Shown in pieces: positions 22,037-33,425 of a DNA stretch of 64,000 nucleotides (its first letter is position 1; each line of letters starts with the position of its first letter). Source of the DNA: Histomonas meleagridis 2922-C6/04-290x (Eukaryota > Protista > Parabasalia); assembly GCA_020184695.1 (NCBI GenBank), contig JAANOX010000144.1:1-64000 (forward strand), written 5' to 3'. A model generated the notes under the pieces. It saw only the letters and a program-made list of their open reading frames with translations, ran no database searches and was not told where the DNA came from. Made by a program: the position numbers and the translations under genes.

Positions 22037-23407
22037 TCAATCGCTAGTGTCAAGCCATTTACCGTCAAAGAAACCATCTTCTGGCAGAGGATTCCCTCTA
22101 TTGAATTCATCAAAGCTTTCTTTAAACATCGAATTGTTATTTGAATATTTTGTTTTTTCTCGTTGTTTCATTATGCAATTCAAATTTTTACATTTCTTTT
22201 TACATGTTTCACTCTTTTTTGGCATATCATATTGAACATGAATTTCCTTTTTAAAATTATTTTCTTGATTTTGTTTAACTCTCAAAGGATTTGGTTTAAA
22301 AACATTTTTCCTATTTTGCGTTTCCCACGAACCATTTGTTATCTTATGATTTATCATTTGTCTTAGTGATTTATACTGCGACAAATTTCCATTAAATTCT
22401 CCAATTAACTCTTTATTGAGATCATCAACGTTTGCATTAGTTTCAATGCTTTGAAGTCTCCTTTTTACTTGCATCTCGATTTGGAACATTGTGTCTTTTA
22501 TTAATTTCTCTGTGTACACTTCTTTCTCTCTCAGTAAAAATTCTTTTGCAACATTTATAACTTCGTCGACATTTGTAACTTTTTTGTTAAATGTTTTCTT
22601 TACTTTAGGTTTCGGATTTTTTTGCTGTCGCCATGCGGTGATCGTCATGCTGAGATCAGTAGCTGCAGTGTTTAGAAGTTGCTGCATTTCCCCTCGCTTT
22701 GTCATTGTTCTTTCGCTTTCTATTTCTTCTGTTTTCATCAATGCTTCTTGATTATCAAATAATTGTGATTTAAGATTTTTGTTGTTTCGGTCTTTTCTTA
22801 TTGTATTTTGTAATTCTTCGATTTTTTTCATCAATAATTCAACATCTGCTTTGTTGTATTTGCGAGTATTTTGTTGAAATTTGAGACCAGGCCTTTTATT
22901 TCTGATGGATTTCCATTCATCATTGTGCTCGGAATGCTTTCTTTCTATATGCTTGTCTAAGTGTTCTATGTTTATGAATTTTTTCATGCAAATTGGACAT
23001 TTTTCATATGATTTGATTTGAGACTTAAGTAAACTGTCTGCTTTTTGAAATGCTGCTTTATACTTAATGGCTTCTCGTGTTATGTGTGTAACTTCACTTT
23101 CTTTTTGTGTGAGTTTTTCTTGAAGCTGCACTTGAACATCACTCATATATTGTAATGCAACTTGAAGAATACAACATAGTCGAACTGCTAATGGATGATT
23201 AAGAATTACAGAATCATATGCAGTAAGATTAGCGCCAACAAATTTTGATAAAAATGGCTTAAGCTTTGTTAAATCACCTGTTTTTTTAATTAATTCCGGA
23301 TCTATTGATGAAACTACGTCCCAATCAATTACTTCTGTTGGTATACAATTTTGAGTTTGTTGTGGAATCGAGAAATATCCCATTTGCTGAGCATATTGAT
23401 CCCACAT
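22037..23407 (-). CDS. DZIP1/Iguana-like protein (Dzip-like N-terminal domain plus C2H2 finger plus coiled coil)
   Basis: IDWDVVSSIDPELIKKTGDL..L...L...V.ANL...LQVALQYMSDVQ, then CPICMKKFINIEHLDKHIERKH. Confidence 0.8.
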   Translation of the reverse strand: MWDQYAQQMGYFSIPQQTQNCIPTEVIDWDVVSSIDPELIKKTGDLTKLKPFLSKFVGANLTAYDSVILNHPLAVRLCCILQVALQYMSDVQVQLQEKLTQKESEVTHITREAIKYKAAFQKADSLLKSQIKSYEKCPICMKKFINIEHLDKHIERKHSEHNDEWKSIRNKRPGLKFQQNTRKYNKADVELLMKKIEELQNTIRKDRNNKNLKSQLFDNQEALMKTEEIESERTMTKRGEMQQLLNTAATDLSMTITAWRQQKNPKPKVKKTFNKKVTNVDEVINVAKEFLLREKEVYTEKLIKDTMFQIEMQVKRRLQSIETNANVDDLNKELIGEFNGNLSQYKSLRQMINHKITNGSWETQNRKNVFKPNPLRVKQNQENNFKKEIHVQYDMPKKSETCKKKCKNLNCIMKQREKTKYSNNNSMFKESFDEFNRGNPLPEDGFFDGKWLDTSD

Positions 23408-23488
23408 TTTGCATACGTTTATTTATTAAAAAGTGCTAATGGTCACTTTTTTACTTCAAATATAAAAGTGGAGAGAAAGAAATATTTA

Positions 23489-25174
23489 TTAAATATGGGA
23501 AATTGTATAATGTAACAAAGCTCTAATATTCTCACAATGTTGCCTAGAGTACACATGCAAAAACTCAGTATAATTTGGACATTCATTTTGTGGTTCAATT
23601 TCAGGAAATTCTTCATGTTTCACACATTCGATTTTCATATCCTTTAATGCATTTTCCATTTGGGCAAATTGCATTTCGGCCATATCCTCATTCATTCCAT
23701 CCACAATTTTCACCACATTATCTTTACATTTCTTTATAAACGCCGCAGAGTTTGATAATGAATTTATAGGCTCACAAAACGCTAAAGCGATCGAAGGATT
23801 CTTCGCTAAAGCACAAAGCAGTTCTATAAATCCGTCATCTTTCTTAAAAAGTGCGGCTCTAAACGAAGTACAAACGGCAATAATTGCCATCACATAGCTA
23901 TTAAACGCACACTCACTCCTCATAACTTTTTTACAAAAGCCGAAAATTCTCTCAAACAATTTATGCCATGATACATTATGCGTACCACGAAATTGTGTCA
24001 TTATAAATAAAATTTGGTATATAATTCGCCCTATTATTGGACTAATTTCTGTTACTGGTGGTTCTTTTTCTAATAAACAAGATATTAATTCCAGTGTCAT
24101 TGCTCCGATTGAACATTCTTTACATTCACTAACAAGTGTGTTAAAACATGAACGAAATTGAGTATAATCGAATGGTAATGATATTGCTGAAGGATTTTTA
24201 TCGAATAAAAATGATATTGAAATTAACATCATTAATAGTCGATCACCTGAATGTGGTGTAGAAGACGAAGCTATTATATGAGAAAACAAAGTAAGCATTG
24301 CTGATATTAACGTGGAATCATTGTTTTCGACAAGTGAAAACTCATAAAAGCACAAAATCCCAGCGTCAATAAACGGCTCAAAAAGTGAAAAATAAACGGG
24401 TAACTGAAAGTCACTGGGATCGAGAAACCCGAGTTTAGCTGTGGGGGGATTTGTTGGTGGTTTCTTAAAGATGAACCAACCACTTTGAGGTTTTTGTGGA
24501 CGACATAGAAAATAAAGTTGTGATGAACGTGAAATAAGATTTGTAACAAATGTACTCAAAATTGAATGATTCGTGGTGTTGAATTCTTGTGTAAAAGGAC
24601 CATTGGGACGGTTGATTTGGAATAAAAGTGAAAATAAAAGAAGATGAAGATCTGATGGAACCATACAATAATTGGTGATTTCATGACATCGTTCTGTAAA
24701 GAAGTCTACAAGTGCATTGGTTTCAATGTCGCCAGTAGCTGATAATAAAGATAATAAAACAAGAACTGGTTCAGGGTCTTTTGTAGATAAGATTGAATAT
24801 ATGAACTCATCAAAAAATTGATTGGCTTCATCAATATTGCAAAGAAAATTAATAGCATCAACGCCAAATGTACCAGATCGAATTTTTGACCATATAGATT
24901 CAAAAATTTGAACAAGTAAATAAGATGCATTAGCTCTTTTTAGTTTGGCTACTTGCGTTTGATCACTCGAGGCTATTGTGTGTAGACATATTTTAATGAA
25001 TTTATGAATTGCCTCTAAGGAATAATTAGAGGCTAATGAATTTTGGACAACAATAAATTCGGGTTTTAACAAAAAGAATGAATGCCAGAAGTAGATAGAT
25101 TCTTTAGTTGTTGCATCCAAATCTCTTTGCCCTGAAAAAATAGGCGGTATCAAGGCAGAAAATTTGGTCTGCAT
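23489..25174 (-). CDS. ARMH3/C10orf76 (DUF1741)-like protein; likely ATG at 25174
   Basis: YFWHSFFLLKP...ANA..LL..IF..I..K...G.FGVDAINFLC.IDEA and VSWHKLF resemble ARMH3. Confidence 0.6.
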   Translation of the reverse strand: MQTKFSALIPPIFSGQRDLDATTKESIYFWHSFFLLKPEFIVVQNSLASNYSLEAIHKFIKICLHTIASSDQTQVAKLKRANASYLLVQIFESIWSKIRSGTFGVDAINFLCNIDEANQFFDEFIYSILSTKDPEPVLVLLSLLSATGDIETNALVDFFTERCHEITNYCMVPSDLHLLLFSLLFQINRPNGPFTQEFNTTNHSILSTFVTNLISRSSQLYFLCRPQKPQSGWFIFKKPPTNPPTAKLGFLDPSDFQLPVYFSLFEPFIDAGILCFYEFSLVENNDSTLISAMLTLFSHIIASSSTPHSGDRLLMMLISISFLFDKNPSAISLPFDYTQFRSCFNTLVSECKECSIGAMTLELISCLLEKEPPVTEISPIIGRIIYQILFIMTQFRGTHNVSWHKLFERIFGFCKKVMRSECAFNSYVMAIIAVCTSFRAALFKKDDGFIELLCALAKNPSIALAFCEPINSLSNSAAFIKKCKDNVVKIVDGMNEDMAEMQFAQMENALKDMKIECVKHEEFPEIEPQNECPNYTEFLHVYSRQHCENIRALLHYTISHI

Positions 25175-25339
25175 ATGCGGCCGTTTATTGTAAAAAGCAA
25201 AAAAAAAATCACAACACAAACTTTGTAAAAAATAAAAACATAAAAATATTTAACATATACATTTTAAGTAGGGTTTTCATTAGTATATAGAAAAAACCTA
25301 AATTATTAATTATTTATTTATTTTATTTATAGTGCATTA

Positions 25340-25500
25340 TGATAGTTGAAATTCTTCTTATACAATAAGGAATTGATGTAAGTATTAGAATCACTAATTT
25401 AATAGTAATTTAATAATTTTCTATTAAACATAATATATGAAAATCATTTTAAAACTTTAGAACAGCTCTTATGCGCATTGTTAATGTATCATATAGATAT
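25340..25500 (+). pseudogene. Single-junction ankyrin remnant with a 72-nt AT-rich spacer
   Basis: IVEILLIQ*GIDVSIR [25390-25461] TALMRIV. Confidence 0.6.
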
Positions 25501-26449
25501 AGTTAAATTAATTAGTGAGAAAAATGAATTCAATGAGTCAAAAAAATTATCATTTCATACAGCTGCTTGATTTTTAGTTAGTGAAAGCAAAGTTGAATCC
25601 ATTATTAATGAATGCAATAAAATTAAATAACAATTAAGTGTTGATTCATTAAGTTATATAATTGATTTATTAAGTTTTATTGTGTTAAATAATTAATTCA
25701 TTAAGTGGGATCTGTGGATGGGATGTTCCAAACCAAACGAATGCGCATTTCTTTTCTTTATGTTTCAATTTTCTCTTCTTAATTAATGTACAGTTATTTC
25801 ATTCACTCCATCTGATTCATCACTTTCTTCGTCATCATTTTTCATTAATTTGATTTTTCTTCTGCTCTTCTTTCAGTACAAGTCAACCTCTTTTATCGAA
25901 TTCGAGTAATTCTTCAATAAATTATGTATCTGTTTCATTATTCAGTACAGTTTCACGAAGAATCTTCATCATATCCGCATCTAATTAGATGCCATTATCA
26001 TTGAAACTTTGTTTTTCATCTGTTTTATTATTGCGATATTTTAAATTCTTATTAACTTTTTTACGAACATTATAAAAAAGGTGGAAAACATTCAGTAACT
26101 TTTTCTATGCTAAACATCGATATACATTTGTTTTTAATTTATTTCCTTTGCTTTAATTTCCTTATTTGTATTTTTACTATATTTAATTCCAAGTATTATC
26201 ATATCACCAAGTTGGGAAAATTCAACAAATTTTGGTAATCAAGAAATCACAAACATATTATCGAAAATTGCAATGCACTACGAAATACTTCTGATGTCGC
26301 ATTCATTAGAATCAGAAGCCTTGAAACATATTAAACAAAATTGCTCGAGTCCTTCATAACTTAATGCTAATGTGGTTGAACTTCTGTTGTAGTATTTAGC
26401 GCATTTAGTAAATAACTTGTGAAGGGTTTGTAAACTTTTTGGAGATGAA

Positions 26450-26463
26450 AAGGGGCGCCCCTT
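26450..26463. other. Perfect 14-bp GC-rich palindrome AAGGGGCGCCCCTT
   Basis: Self-reverse-complementary; about 70 bp upstream of the DUF3447 gene. Confidence 0.85.
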
Positions 26464-26530
26464 AAATTAACTTTTTGTGAGAAATTTTAGACAAAATTTG
26501 AATTAAAAAGGTTTTATAGCGAAAACATAA

Positions 26531-28777
26531 ATGTCTTGCTTTGCAAAAGTAAATGGGGACCAAAGCATGAAAATTCTTTTATCTCTTGAAAACATTGTAT
26601 TTGACTTAAAAGAAGGTAATGTTGATTTAACTGTTGAAAAAGTCTTAAAACTTTTTGATCAAAATAATTCATATTCCTTTTGTTATACAATTTGTAGAAT
26701 TTCATTTCTGTTTTATATATCACATAATTATAATATAGATTTACTTTTGCAATTTATAAATGAACTTCATAAACAAATTTCCCATAAATTCAATTTTCGG
26801 TTCAATATAATTTTTGCTTCAAATTTAAATAAATTTTTTATTAAAAATGGAATTAATTTTATTCTTGATCAAATGGTTATTGAAAATATGATTTCATACA
26901 AAATTTGTAGAAGAAAAAATTCACCATTTTTTATGCAATATAATGATAACTGGCGATATCAAACTCTCTACGCTGATTTTACACAAACATTAAGCACAAA
27001 ATTTAATAAAGAAGCCAAGAGAAATTATTATGATTTATCGGAGAATCATTTTGAACTTCATAAGAAATTAATTAAAGATGGACATAATCCAAATGAAATT
27101 GCAAAAATAATTCGAAACGATGAAATAGAAAAACTTCAAGAAACGTCATCACAAATGAATTTTGATTATAATCAAAAAATTAAACCATCACTTTATGAAA
27201 GGTGTTCATTTATTAATCATGAAAATGTTACATTAATTGATTATGCAGCATTTTTTTCTTCAGTTAAATGTTTTAAATATTTACTTATGAATAATGCAAA
27301 TGTAGAAAACACAGGTAAATATGCAGTTGTAGGTGGAAATGAAGAAATTATTTATTTATGTGAACAAAATCATTCAACATTTGATGATTCATATGAAACA
27401 GCAATTATGTTTCATCGAAACGATATTTTTAAATATCTTTATGAAAATAAATTAAAAAATTTATATGAAAATCAAAACTTTATTGATGACCGTTGTGCAG
27501 ATACCGAATTATTACCATTTAGTTTAGAAGAATTAGGGAAATTTTGCATTTTATATCATAATTATGAAATTTTTTCATTTTTGCTAAAGGAAGGAATGAA
27601 GATTAATGATGATATTATTAAAGAATCAGCAAAAATCGGAAATTTATATATCATTCAATATGTTTTAGGAAAGATTGAACTTCCAAAAAATGTTCTTCTT
27701 TTAGCTATTAGATCAGGAAACACTGAACTTGTTAAGTTCCTCCTTAAACAAAAAGAAGTTGATGTTAATTTTCGCAAAATTTATTTAAAATTTATGTTTA
27801 AAAATTATATTTGGAAATTAATTATAATATTTGAAACTCCATTATTGTTAGAATCTAAGAAAGGTAATGTAGAAATAGTTAAATTGCTTCTTAAAAAAAA
27901 AGATATTTGTATTAATGCTATCGATATTTATTTTTTATATTCAGAATTTTCTTTAATAATTTGATTTTTTAAAATAATTTTTGGAAATTATTCAAATTAT
28001 TTTTAACAGCACTTATGTATGCTTGTCGAAATGGTAACATAGAAATCGTTAAATTACTTCTTGAAAAAAAAAGCATTTGACTTACATAAAGCTCTTATTT
28101 TGGCAATTCGAAATGGAAACTATCAAATTGTAAAATTACTTCTTAGTCAGAAAGAATATGATAAATATAATATCCTTTCATGTTATTTATGGGGGAACTT
28201 CAAGAAGCAACGAGGAAAGGCAAACTAAAAATAGTTAAATTACTTCTTAATTACAAAAAAATTAACATTAATGGAAGAGATATTTAATTAATTTATAAAA
28301 AATATATTATTTTAATTTTATGTTTGATAAAATTATTTGGAATCAGTACAAATTATTTGAAACAGCACTTACGAATGCTTGTCGAAATGGTAACATAGAA
28401 ATAGTAAAATTACTTCTTGAACAAGAAGGAATTGATATTAATGCTAAAGATAATGTTTGTTTATTACGTTTATTGTTTTTTTTTTCAATAATTTTTTGTT
28501 TTTTTAAAAGTTTTGGGTATTAATTAAATTCTTTCATACAGCTCTAATGAATGCAGCTCAATATGGTTACATTGATATAGTCAAACTACTTCTTGAACAA
28601 AAAGGAATTGATATTAATGCTAAAGATAAAATTTATTAAGATAATTTCACATTTTAAAATAATATTTGGTATCAATTTTAATAGTTTGAAACAGCTCATA
28701 AACATGCATTGAGACATTCAAATTTCGAAATTGCTAATATAATTCGTGCTAAATCAGAATCATTAGGTTGTATATAA
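26531..28777 (+). CDS. DUF3447 plus ankyrin-repeat gene, interrupted by five AT-rich spacers (60, 83, 83, 89, 66 nt) and two homopolymer frameshifts
   Basis: LAKIIRNDEIEKLQ...IKPSLYER...TLIDYAAFFSSVKCFKYL..N.A...YAVVGGN.EII..CEQ (DUF3447), then TAL..A.RNG..EIVKLLL modules. Spacers at 27776-27835, 27923-28005, 28279-28361, 28449-28537 and 28625-28690. May be a pseudogene. Confidence 0.8.
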
Positions 28778-29250
28778 TCAAATAATTTTACTTTTGGAAC
28801 TAAAAATAGAATTTTAATGGATCTTCACCATAAAAATCAATATTATTTCCATCATTTCCTGCATTTACACTATATTTTGCAATATCAGGATTCCACAATA
28901 ATAAAGAGTATTATATTGAACATGGCTTCTTAAGATAAAACCAATTCATGTATGTAAAAGATGTGAATATAAGAACATTAAAAGTTTCTATATGATAATC
29001 AATACTTTAAAAAACATCGGTTTAACAAACTAAAATTGACATGCACATGAGCATTATCCAGAGTGTTATCATTTTTTCACTTATAAATAATTGAACACAA
29101 AGAATGTAAAATAACTGTTTTTTTTTAAACGTGGTTAAAATTCAAAATCCAGAAATCAAACCTTTTGATTGCTTTACTTGGCATACGATAATTTAAAGTG
29201 AGGTGATGCGAAAAAACGCATTCAATTTTGAAAGCTTTCATTTTTTTGAA

Positions 29251-30126
29251 ATGAAGACTCTGAGATTGAAGTACAAACAATGGCAAGGCGCATATGGACC
29301 GGATATGGCAAAATACTCCGAAAAATATTTGACATTTATGGAAGCTACGCATGGTTATTTCCAAGGAAATGATATCATCTCATTATTAGCTCCCCCTCCA
29401 ACAGGCCCCGTTGCAGAAGTTCCTGTTCCATACACAGAAACAGAGGAAGATATGGCAACAGTTGATGGTATATATGCAAGAGGTGCATGCTTTAGACAAC
29501 TTAAACAAGCTCTCCAAATCCTTGACGAAAAGCAACCAGCTAAGGTCTGTGTGATTGGAGGCGATTGTGCAGTGAGCACACCAGTTTTTAGCTGGCTTTC
29601 AAATAAGTACAAAGATGAATGTGCAATCATTTGGTATGATGCGCATCCTGACATCACTTGTCCAAACGAAGGATATGCTGGTTTCCATGCCATGGCTCTT
29701 GGTCATGTCCTTGGCATAGGTGATAAACAATTTCTCGATACACTTCCAGGTAGAGTTCCTCCAAGCAGAGCTCTCTTGGTTGGCTTGAGATCACTTTGGG
29801 GTGCAGAGAAAAGAAAGGAAGAGCTTGGATTGAAAAGTTTATCTCCTGACGAATTTAGAAGTAACCCATCTGCTGTTTATGATTGGTTGAGATCAACAGG
29901 AGCAAAGAAAGTCCTTGTTCACTTTGACGTTGATGTTCTTGATCCAGAAGAGTGCAGAATGACAAATTGCACCGAACCAAACGGATTAAAGATTGCTGAA
30001 GTTGTAGAATCAATCCGAGGAATTGAAAGCGTTTGCGAGATTGTATGCCTGACTCTTGCAGAACATATTCCAATTGTTGAAATTCAACTTCAAAGAATGT
30101 TGAATGCATTGCCTTTATTCAAGTAA
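29251..30126 (+). CDS. Arginase/ureohydrolase-family protein, bacterial-like subgroup; likely ATG at 29251
   Basis: MKTLRLKYKQWQG, GGDCAVS, WYDAHPD and HFDVDVLDP metal-binding motifs; Inr TCATTT at 29238-29243. Confidence 0.88.
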   Translation: MKTLRLKYKQWQGAYGPDMAKYSEKYLTFMEATHGYFQGNDIISLLAPPPTGPVAEVPVPYTETEEDMATVDGIYARGACFRQLKQALQILDEKQPAKVCVIGGDCAVSTPVFSWLSNKYKDECAIIWYDAHPDITCPNEGYAGFHAMALGHVLGIGDKQFLDTLPGRVPPSRALLVGLRSLWGAEKRKEELGLKSLSPDEFRSNPSAVYDWLRSTGAKKVLVHFDVDVLDPEECRMTNCTEPNGLKIAEVVESIRGIESVCEIVCLTLAEHIPIVEIQLQRMLNALPLFK

Positions 30127-30249
30127 AAGAAAGGCTGAAAGCTGATTTTTTTTAATTATGATAACCATATCTCTTGCTAATAAGTTGTAAAAATTAATTT
30201 AATCATTTGAATATTATTTGATCGTTTTGACTTATTGCCAAACGTGCAA

Positions 30250-32457
30250 ATGTCTTCTACTTTCCTCGGTCTAAAAAATATATCATTTGATGTTTTCGAG
30301 AAAGCTTTCCCGACATTTGCGTGTTTATCAAAAACATCAACTTTTCGTATCAAATATAATCAAATAAATGATATTTTTACAGTGGAGTTTATTGGCCAAT
30401 TTTTATTTGCAGTTAGACCAGGCGATATAGCAAAACAACTTGTGATTTATCTCCCACATTATTTTATTTGTTCATTACCAAACACACAAGACATTGAATT
30501 AATTCCAGCTAACTGTTATCTTAATACGAAATATTTCTTATCTTTCCAAACAGTTGATGCAAAAAATGGTGTTTTAGAATACATCAGAAATGTGAAAAAA
30601 CAAGTTAAAGATAATAAAATCGAATGGTTTGATGCAACTTTTGATTGTAATATTCATAATCTTGATTCATCTCGACCTCAAAATTGCCAAATTAATGTCA
30701 CTCAACATATGATTGAAATTCGAAAGAAATCAGAAAAAAACACAAAACTGGCACAGATTGATTTTAATCACAACGTTCGTGTTATCACAACTGAACCAAA
30801 TACATATCCTAATATTGCACATCTCACATCTTTTGTAATTTGTCTTCCAAATCGTCAATACTTAATTGAATTTATGACATTTGATGAAATGATCTATTCT
30901 TTTACATGTATGGACTTTTCTCTTCTCCGTCTCTTACTTCCAATTCGTCGTACGCATCTCCAGCCAAGACAAGCCTCTAATTTGCCAACATTTCATCTTA
31001 ACGTTCAATGGGAATTCCCCTTAACGTTCGTCTCCATTCCTTCTCCTCTCAGAAGTGACATCCCATTATGTGTTAAGAAGTATGTTCCTCAAGCTAATTA
31101 TTATGTACCCGAGAAAGCGACAACAGATTTAAATATAGTTCGAATCACAGATACTACAAAACGAACAATTATATTTCCAAATCTTGCACAACATCGAACA
31201 ATTCAAACTGTTCCAGTCGATCCTGAAACTACTGAAATCATTCGACCAGATGTTGAACAAGCGAATGCGTTAAATGAACTTAAGAATGGAATTGTTATCG
31301 AAAATCCAATAATTAAAGTAACGCCAACGAAACAAGAACAGAATGAAATTGATTTTTCTACATCCGAAGAATTACAATTCTTAACGCAAGATTCCAAAAC
31401 GTTATTTTCATCATATTTTGATTCCATTACGATCAATAAAACGCATTTCAAACTTGCGAAATCAATTGGTATATTTACCGATGAAATTAATTCTGAACAA
31501 AGGAAATATAATGGAATTAACATAATCGAACAATTCATGCAAATGATTGCCGAATTTTCACGTTTGAATGGTAAGAACAACACGAAATTTAATGAAATAA
31601 TTTCATATATTTATTCGATAATTTTTTTCGGTAGTGAAACAATTCAACTTGAAAAACAAATTCGTAACTTTGCAAATAACAATTCAACTTTTAACATATG
31701 TTTTCCAAGGCTTAAAATGGATTCAAATCGAGATATATTATGTACTTTCTTTGCGCGTTTAATAATGGCGAAGAAACTCTCAAAGTTTATAACATTAAAT
31801 TTCATCGATTTCGAATGGAAAAACAAAAATTATTCAAAAGATGCACTGATAAATTCGCCTTTGTTTTTTGATAATTTCATTATATGTATTAAGAAACTGG
31901 AAAATATAAATATCCAAACAATATTCCAACCAAAAGAATTCGTTGCTTTCAACTTCCAAAGAAGATTCGATTTATTGATTAAAGATATCGCAAAAAGAAT
32001 TATAACAAAAATCAAAAAAGATTCGGATTTCGAAAACTCAAATGTTTTAGTTGCGGAACTTTGTTCGAATTTTAATCGATTCTTACTTAGCGGATTTTTG
32101 CCTTCAAAAGATATCCCAAATATTTGGATATTCGTGAGAAATGTGCCTGTGAATGTACAATTAAACACAGACGAAATGAACGAGCTGCAAACTTCAATAG
32201 ACGAAATAGAAAAAACAAATTTGAATAACTTACAAAAATTGTCAAAATTGGTAATCAAAGGTTTACAAAAAGGTTATGCCCAAGTGTGGGTGATGTACAT
32301 GTCGAAAGCTGCTATGTTATTGAAAACTCATGATGAAAATGGATTAATAATATGCTTCGAAAGTGTGATGATTGTTGAAAATTCATTTGGAATGGTTTCT
32401 TCAACAAAAATCAAAATCGATTTTAACGAAGTTGTGAAATACATTGGAATTTTATAA
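30250..32457 (+). CDS. Hypothetical 735-aa protein (possible C-terminal RUN-like region)
   Basis: Long open frame; first ATG at 30250. The domain call is weak. Confidence 0.7.
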   Translation: MSSTFLGLKNISFDVFEKAFPTFACLSKTSTFRIKYNQINDIFTVEFIGQFLFAVRPGDIAKQLVIYLPHYFICSLPNTQDIELIPANCYLNTKYFLSFQTVDAKNGVLEYIRNVKKQVKDNKIEWFDATFDCNIHNLDSSRPQNCQINVTQHMIEIRKKSEKNTKLAQIDFNHNVRVITTEPNTYPNIAHLTSFVICLPNRQYLIEFMTFDEMIYSFTCMDFSLLRLLLPIRRTHLQPRQASNLPTFHLNVQWEFPLTFVSIPSPLRSDIPLCVKKYVPQANYYVPEKATTDLNIVRITDTTKRTIIFPNLAQHRTIQTVPVDPETTEIIRPDVEQANALNELKNGIVIENPIIKVTPTKQEQNEIDFSTSEELQFLTQDSKTLFSSYFDSITINKTHFKLAKSIGIFTDEINSEQRKYNGINIIEQFMQMIAEFSRLNGKNNTKFNEIISYIYSIIFFGSETIQLEKQIRNFANNNSTFNICFPRLKMDSNRDILCTFFARLIMAKKLSKFITLNFIDFEWKNKNYSKDALINSPLFFDNFIICIKKLENINIQTIFQPKEFVAFNFQRRFDLLIKDIAKRIITKIKKDSDFENSNVLVAELCSNFNRFLLSGFLPSKDIPNIWIFVRNVPVNVQLNTDEMNELQTSIDEIEKTNLNNLQKLSKLVIKGLQKGYAQVWVMYMSKAAMLLKTHDENGLIICFESVMIVENSFGMVSSTKIKIDFNEVVKYIGIL

Positions 32458-32544
32458 TTTTATGAAATCTGTTATTAAATTGTTTTTATTTTATTAAAAT
32501 TTATAAAAAAAAATATGAAAGTATTCAAACATTTATTAACATGA

Positions 32545-32931
32545 TTAATGATTTGAGATTTTTTGTTCAAATTCTTTGAGGTAACGGAGAGATCTATACT
32601 TTTCATTCATGTGAGCTGTGTAGAATGTGACTGTTGAACTATTATCAAATATTTCGCGTTCGCTTTCTTTTGCTAATTCTTTAGCTAGCCATTCATCATT
32701 TGGCAGTAAAGCAATATACAACTCCTGAAGTTTATCTTGCATTTTAAATCTTGTTCCTGTTGGTATTCCTTTTGAAGATTGATATCTAAATGTCGATTGA
32801 TATATTGGTTCTTTCTCAAGTTTAGTATTTGGAGAGTCATATCCAACAAATTGTATATTATTATCTAGTGGTATTGCCCAATTTGAAATTCTGTTTTCGA
32901 ATTGAGTAATAAAATCCGATTCAGTCTCCAT
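32545..32931 (-). CDS. Hypothetical protein
   Basis: 128-aa ATG-initiated ORF with typical composition. Confidence 0.6.
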   Translation of the reverse strand: METESDFITQFENRISNWAIPLDNNIQFVGYDSPNTKLEKEPIYQSTFRYQSSKGIPTGTRFKMQDKLQELYIALLPNDEWLAKELAKESEREIFDNSSTVTFYTAHMNEKYRSLRYLKEFEQKISNH

Positions 32932-32996
32932 AAGTACGACATGTGATGTAAAATAAAAAAATATTCGCTAAAATTTTTATTTATATTTCTATTATC

Positions 32997-33425
32997 TTAA
33001 TCAAACTCGTACGATTGTAATGAAAAACAATTAAGAAAAGAGGAGTTCTTACAAATTCCAGGAATTCTAGTTAAATCTCCGAGATAATTCTGTAATGCTT
33101 CAGCTCGTTTCTCAACAAACTTTGGGTCTAAGTTTCCACAAATTTTTTTAGGAGGGAAAGGGAGTAAATATTTATATTTACAAAATTGTTTCCGAATTTC
33201 TCTGTCAAATTTACATAATACTGAATATCTTACATTTACATGGTGGAGGGTTACCGTTTGTGCTGGAGAATTTAGAATTCCAATTTCAAGTTGGTATACA
33301 ATTGCTTTGATATTTTCATCATAATGAAAACCTTCAACACTAATGTACATAGGAGGATCCGATACTGCAAGGTATAGCTGGGAAATTTTTTTTTGTGCGA
33401 GTGTCTTGAGTGGAACTGATTTCAT
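32997..33425 (-). CDS. PX (phox homology) domain protein
   Basis: VRYSVLCKFD..IRK.F....LLPFPPKK..GN.DP.FVEKRAEALQNYL..L. Confidence 0.88.
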   Translation of the reverse strand: MKSVPLKTLAQKKISQLYLAVSDPPMYISVEGFHYDENIKAIVYQLEIGILNSPAQTVTLHHVNVRYSVLCKFDREIRKQFCKYKYLLPFPPKKICGNLDPKFVEKRAEALQNYLGDLTRIPGICKNSSFLNCFSLQSYEFD

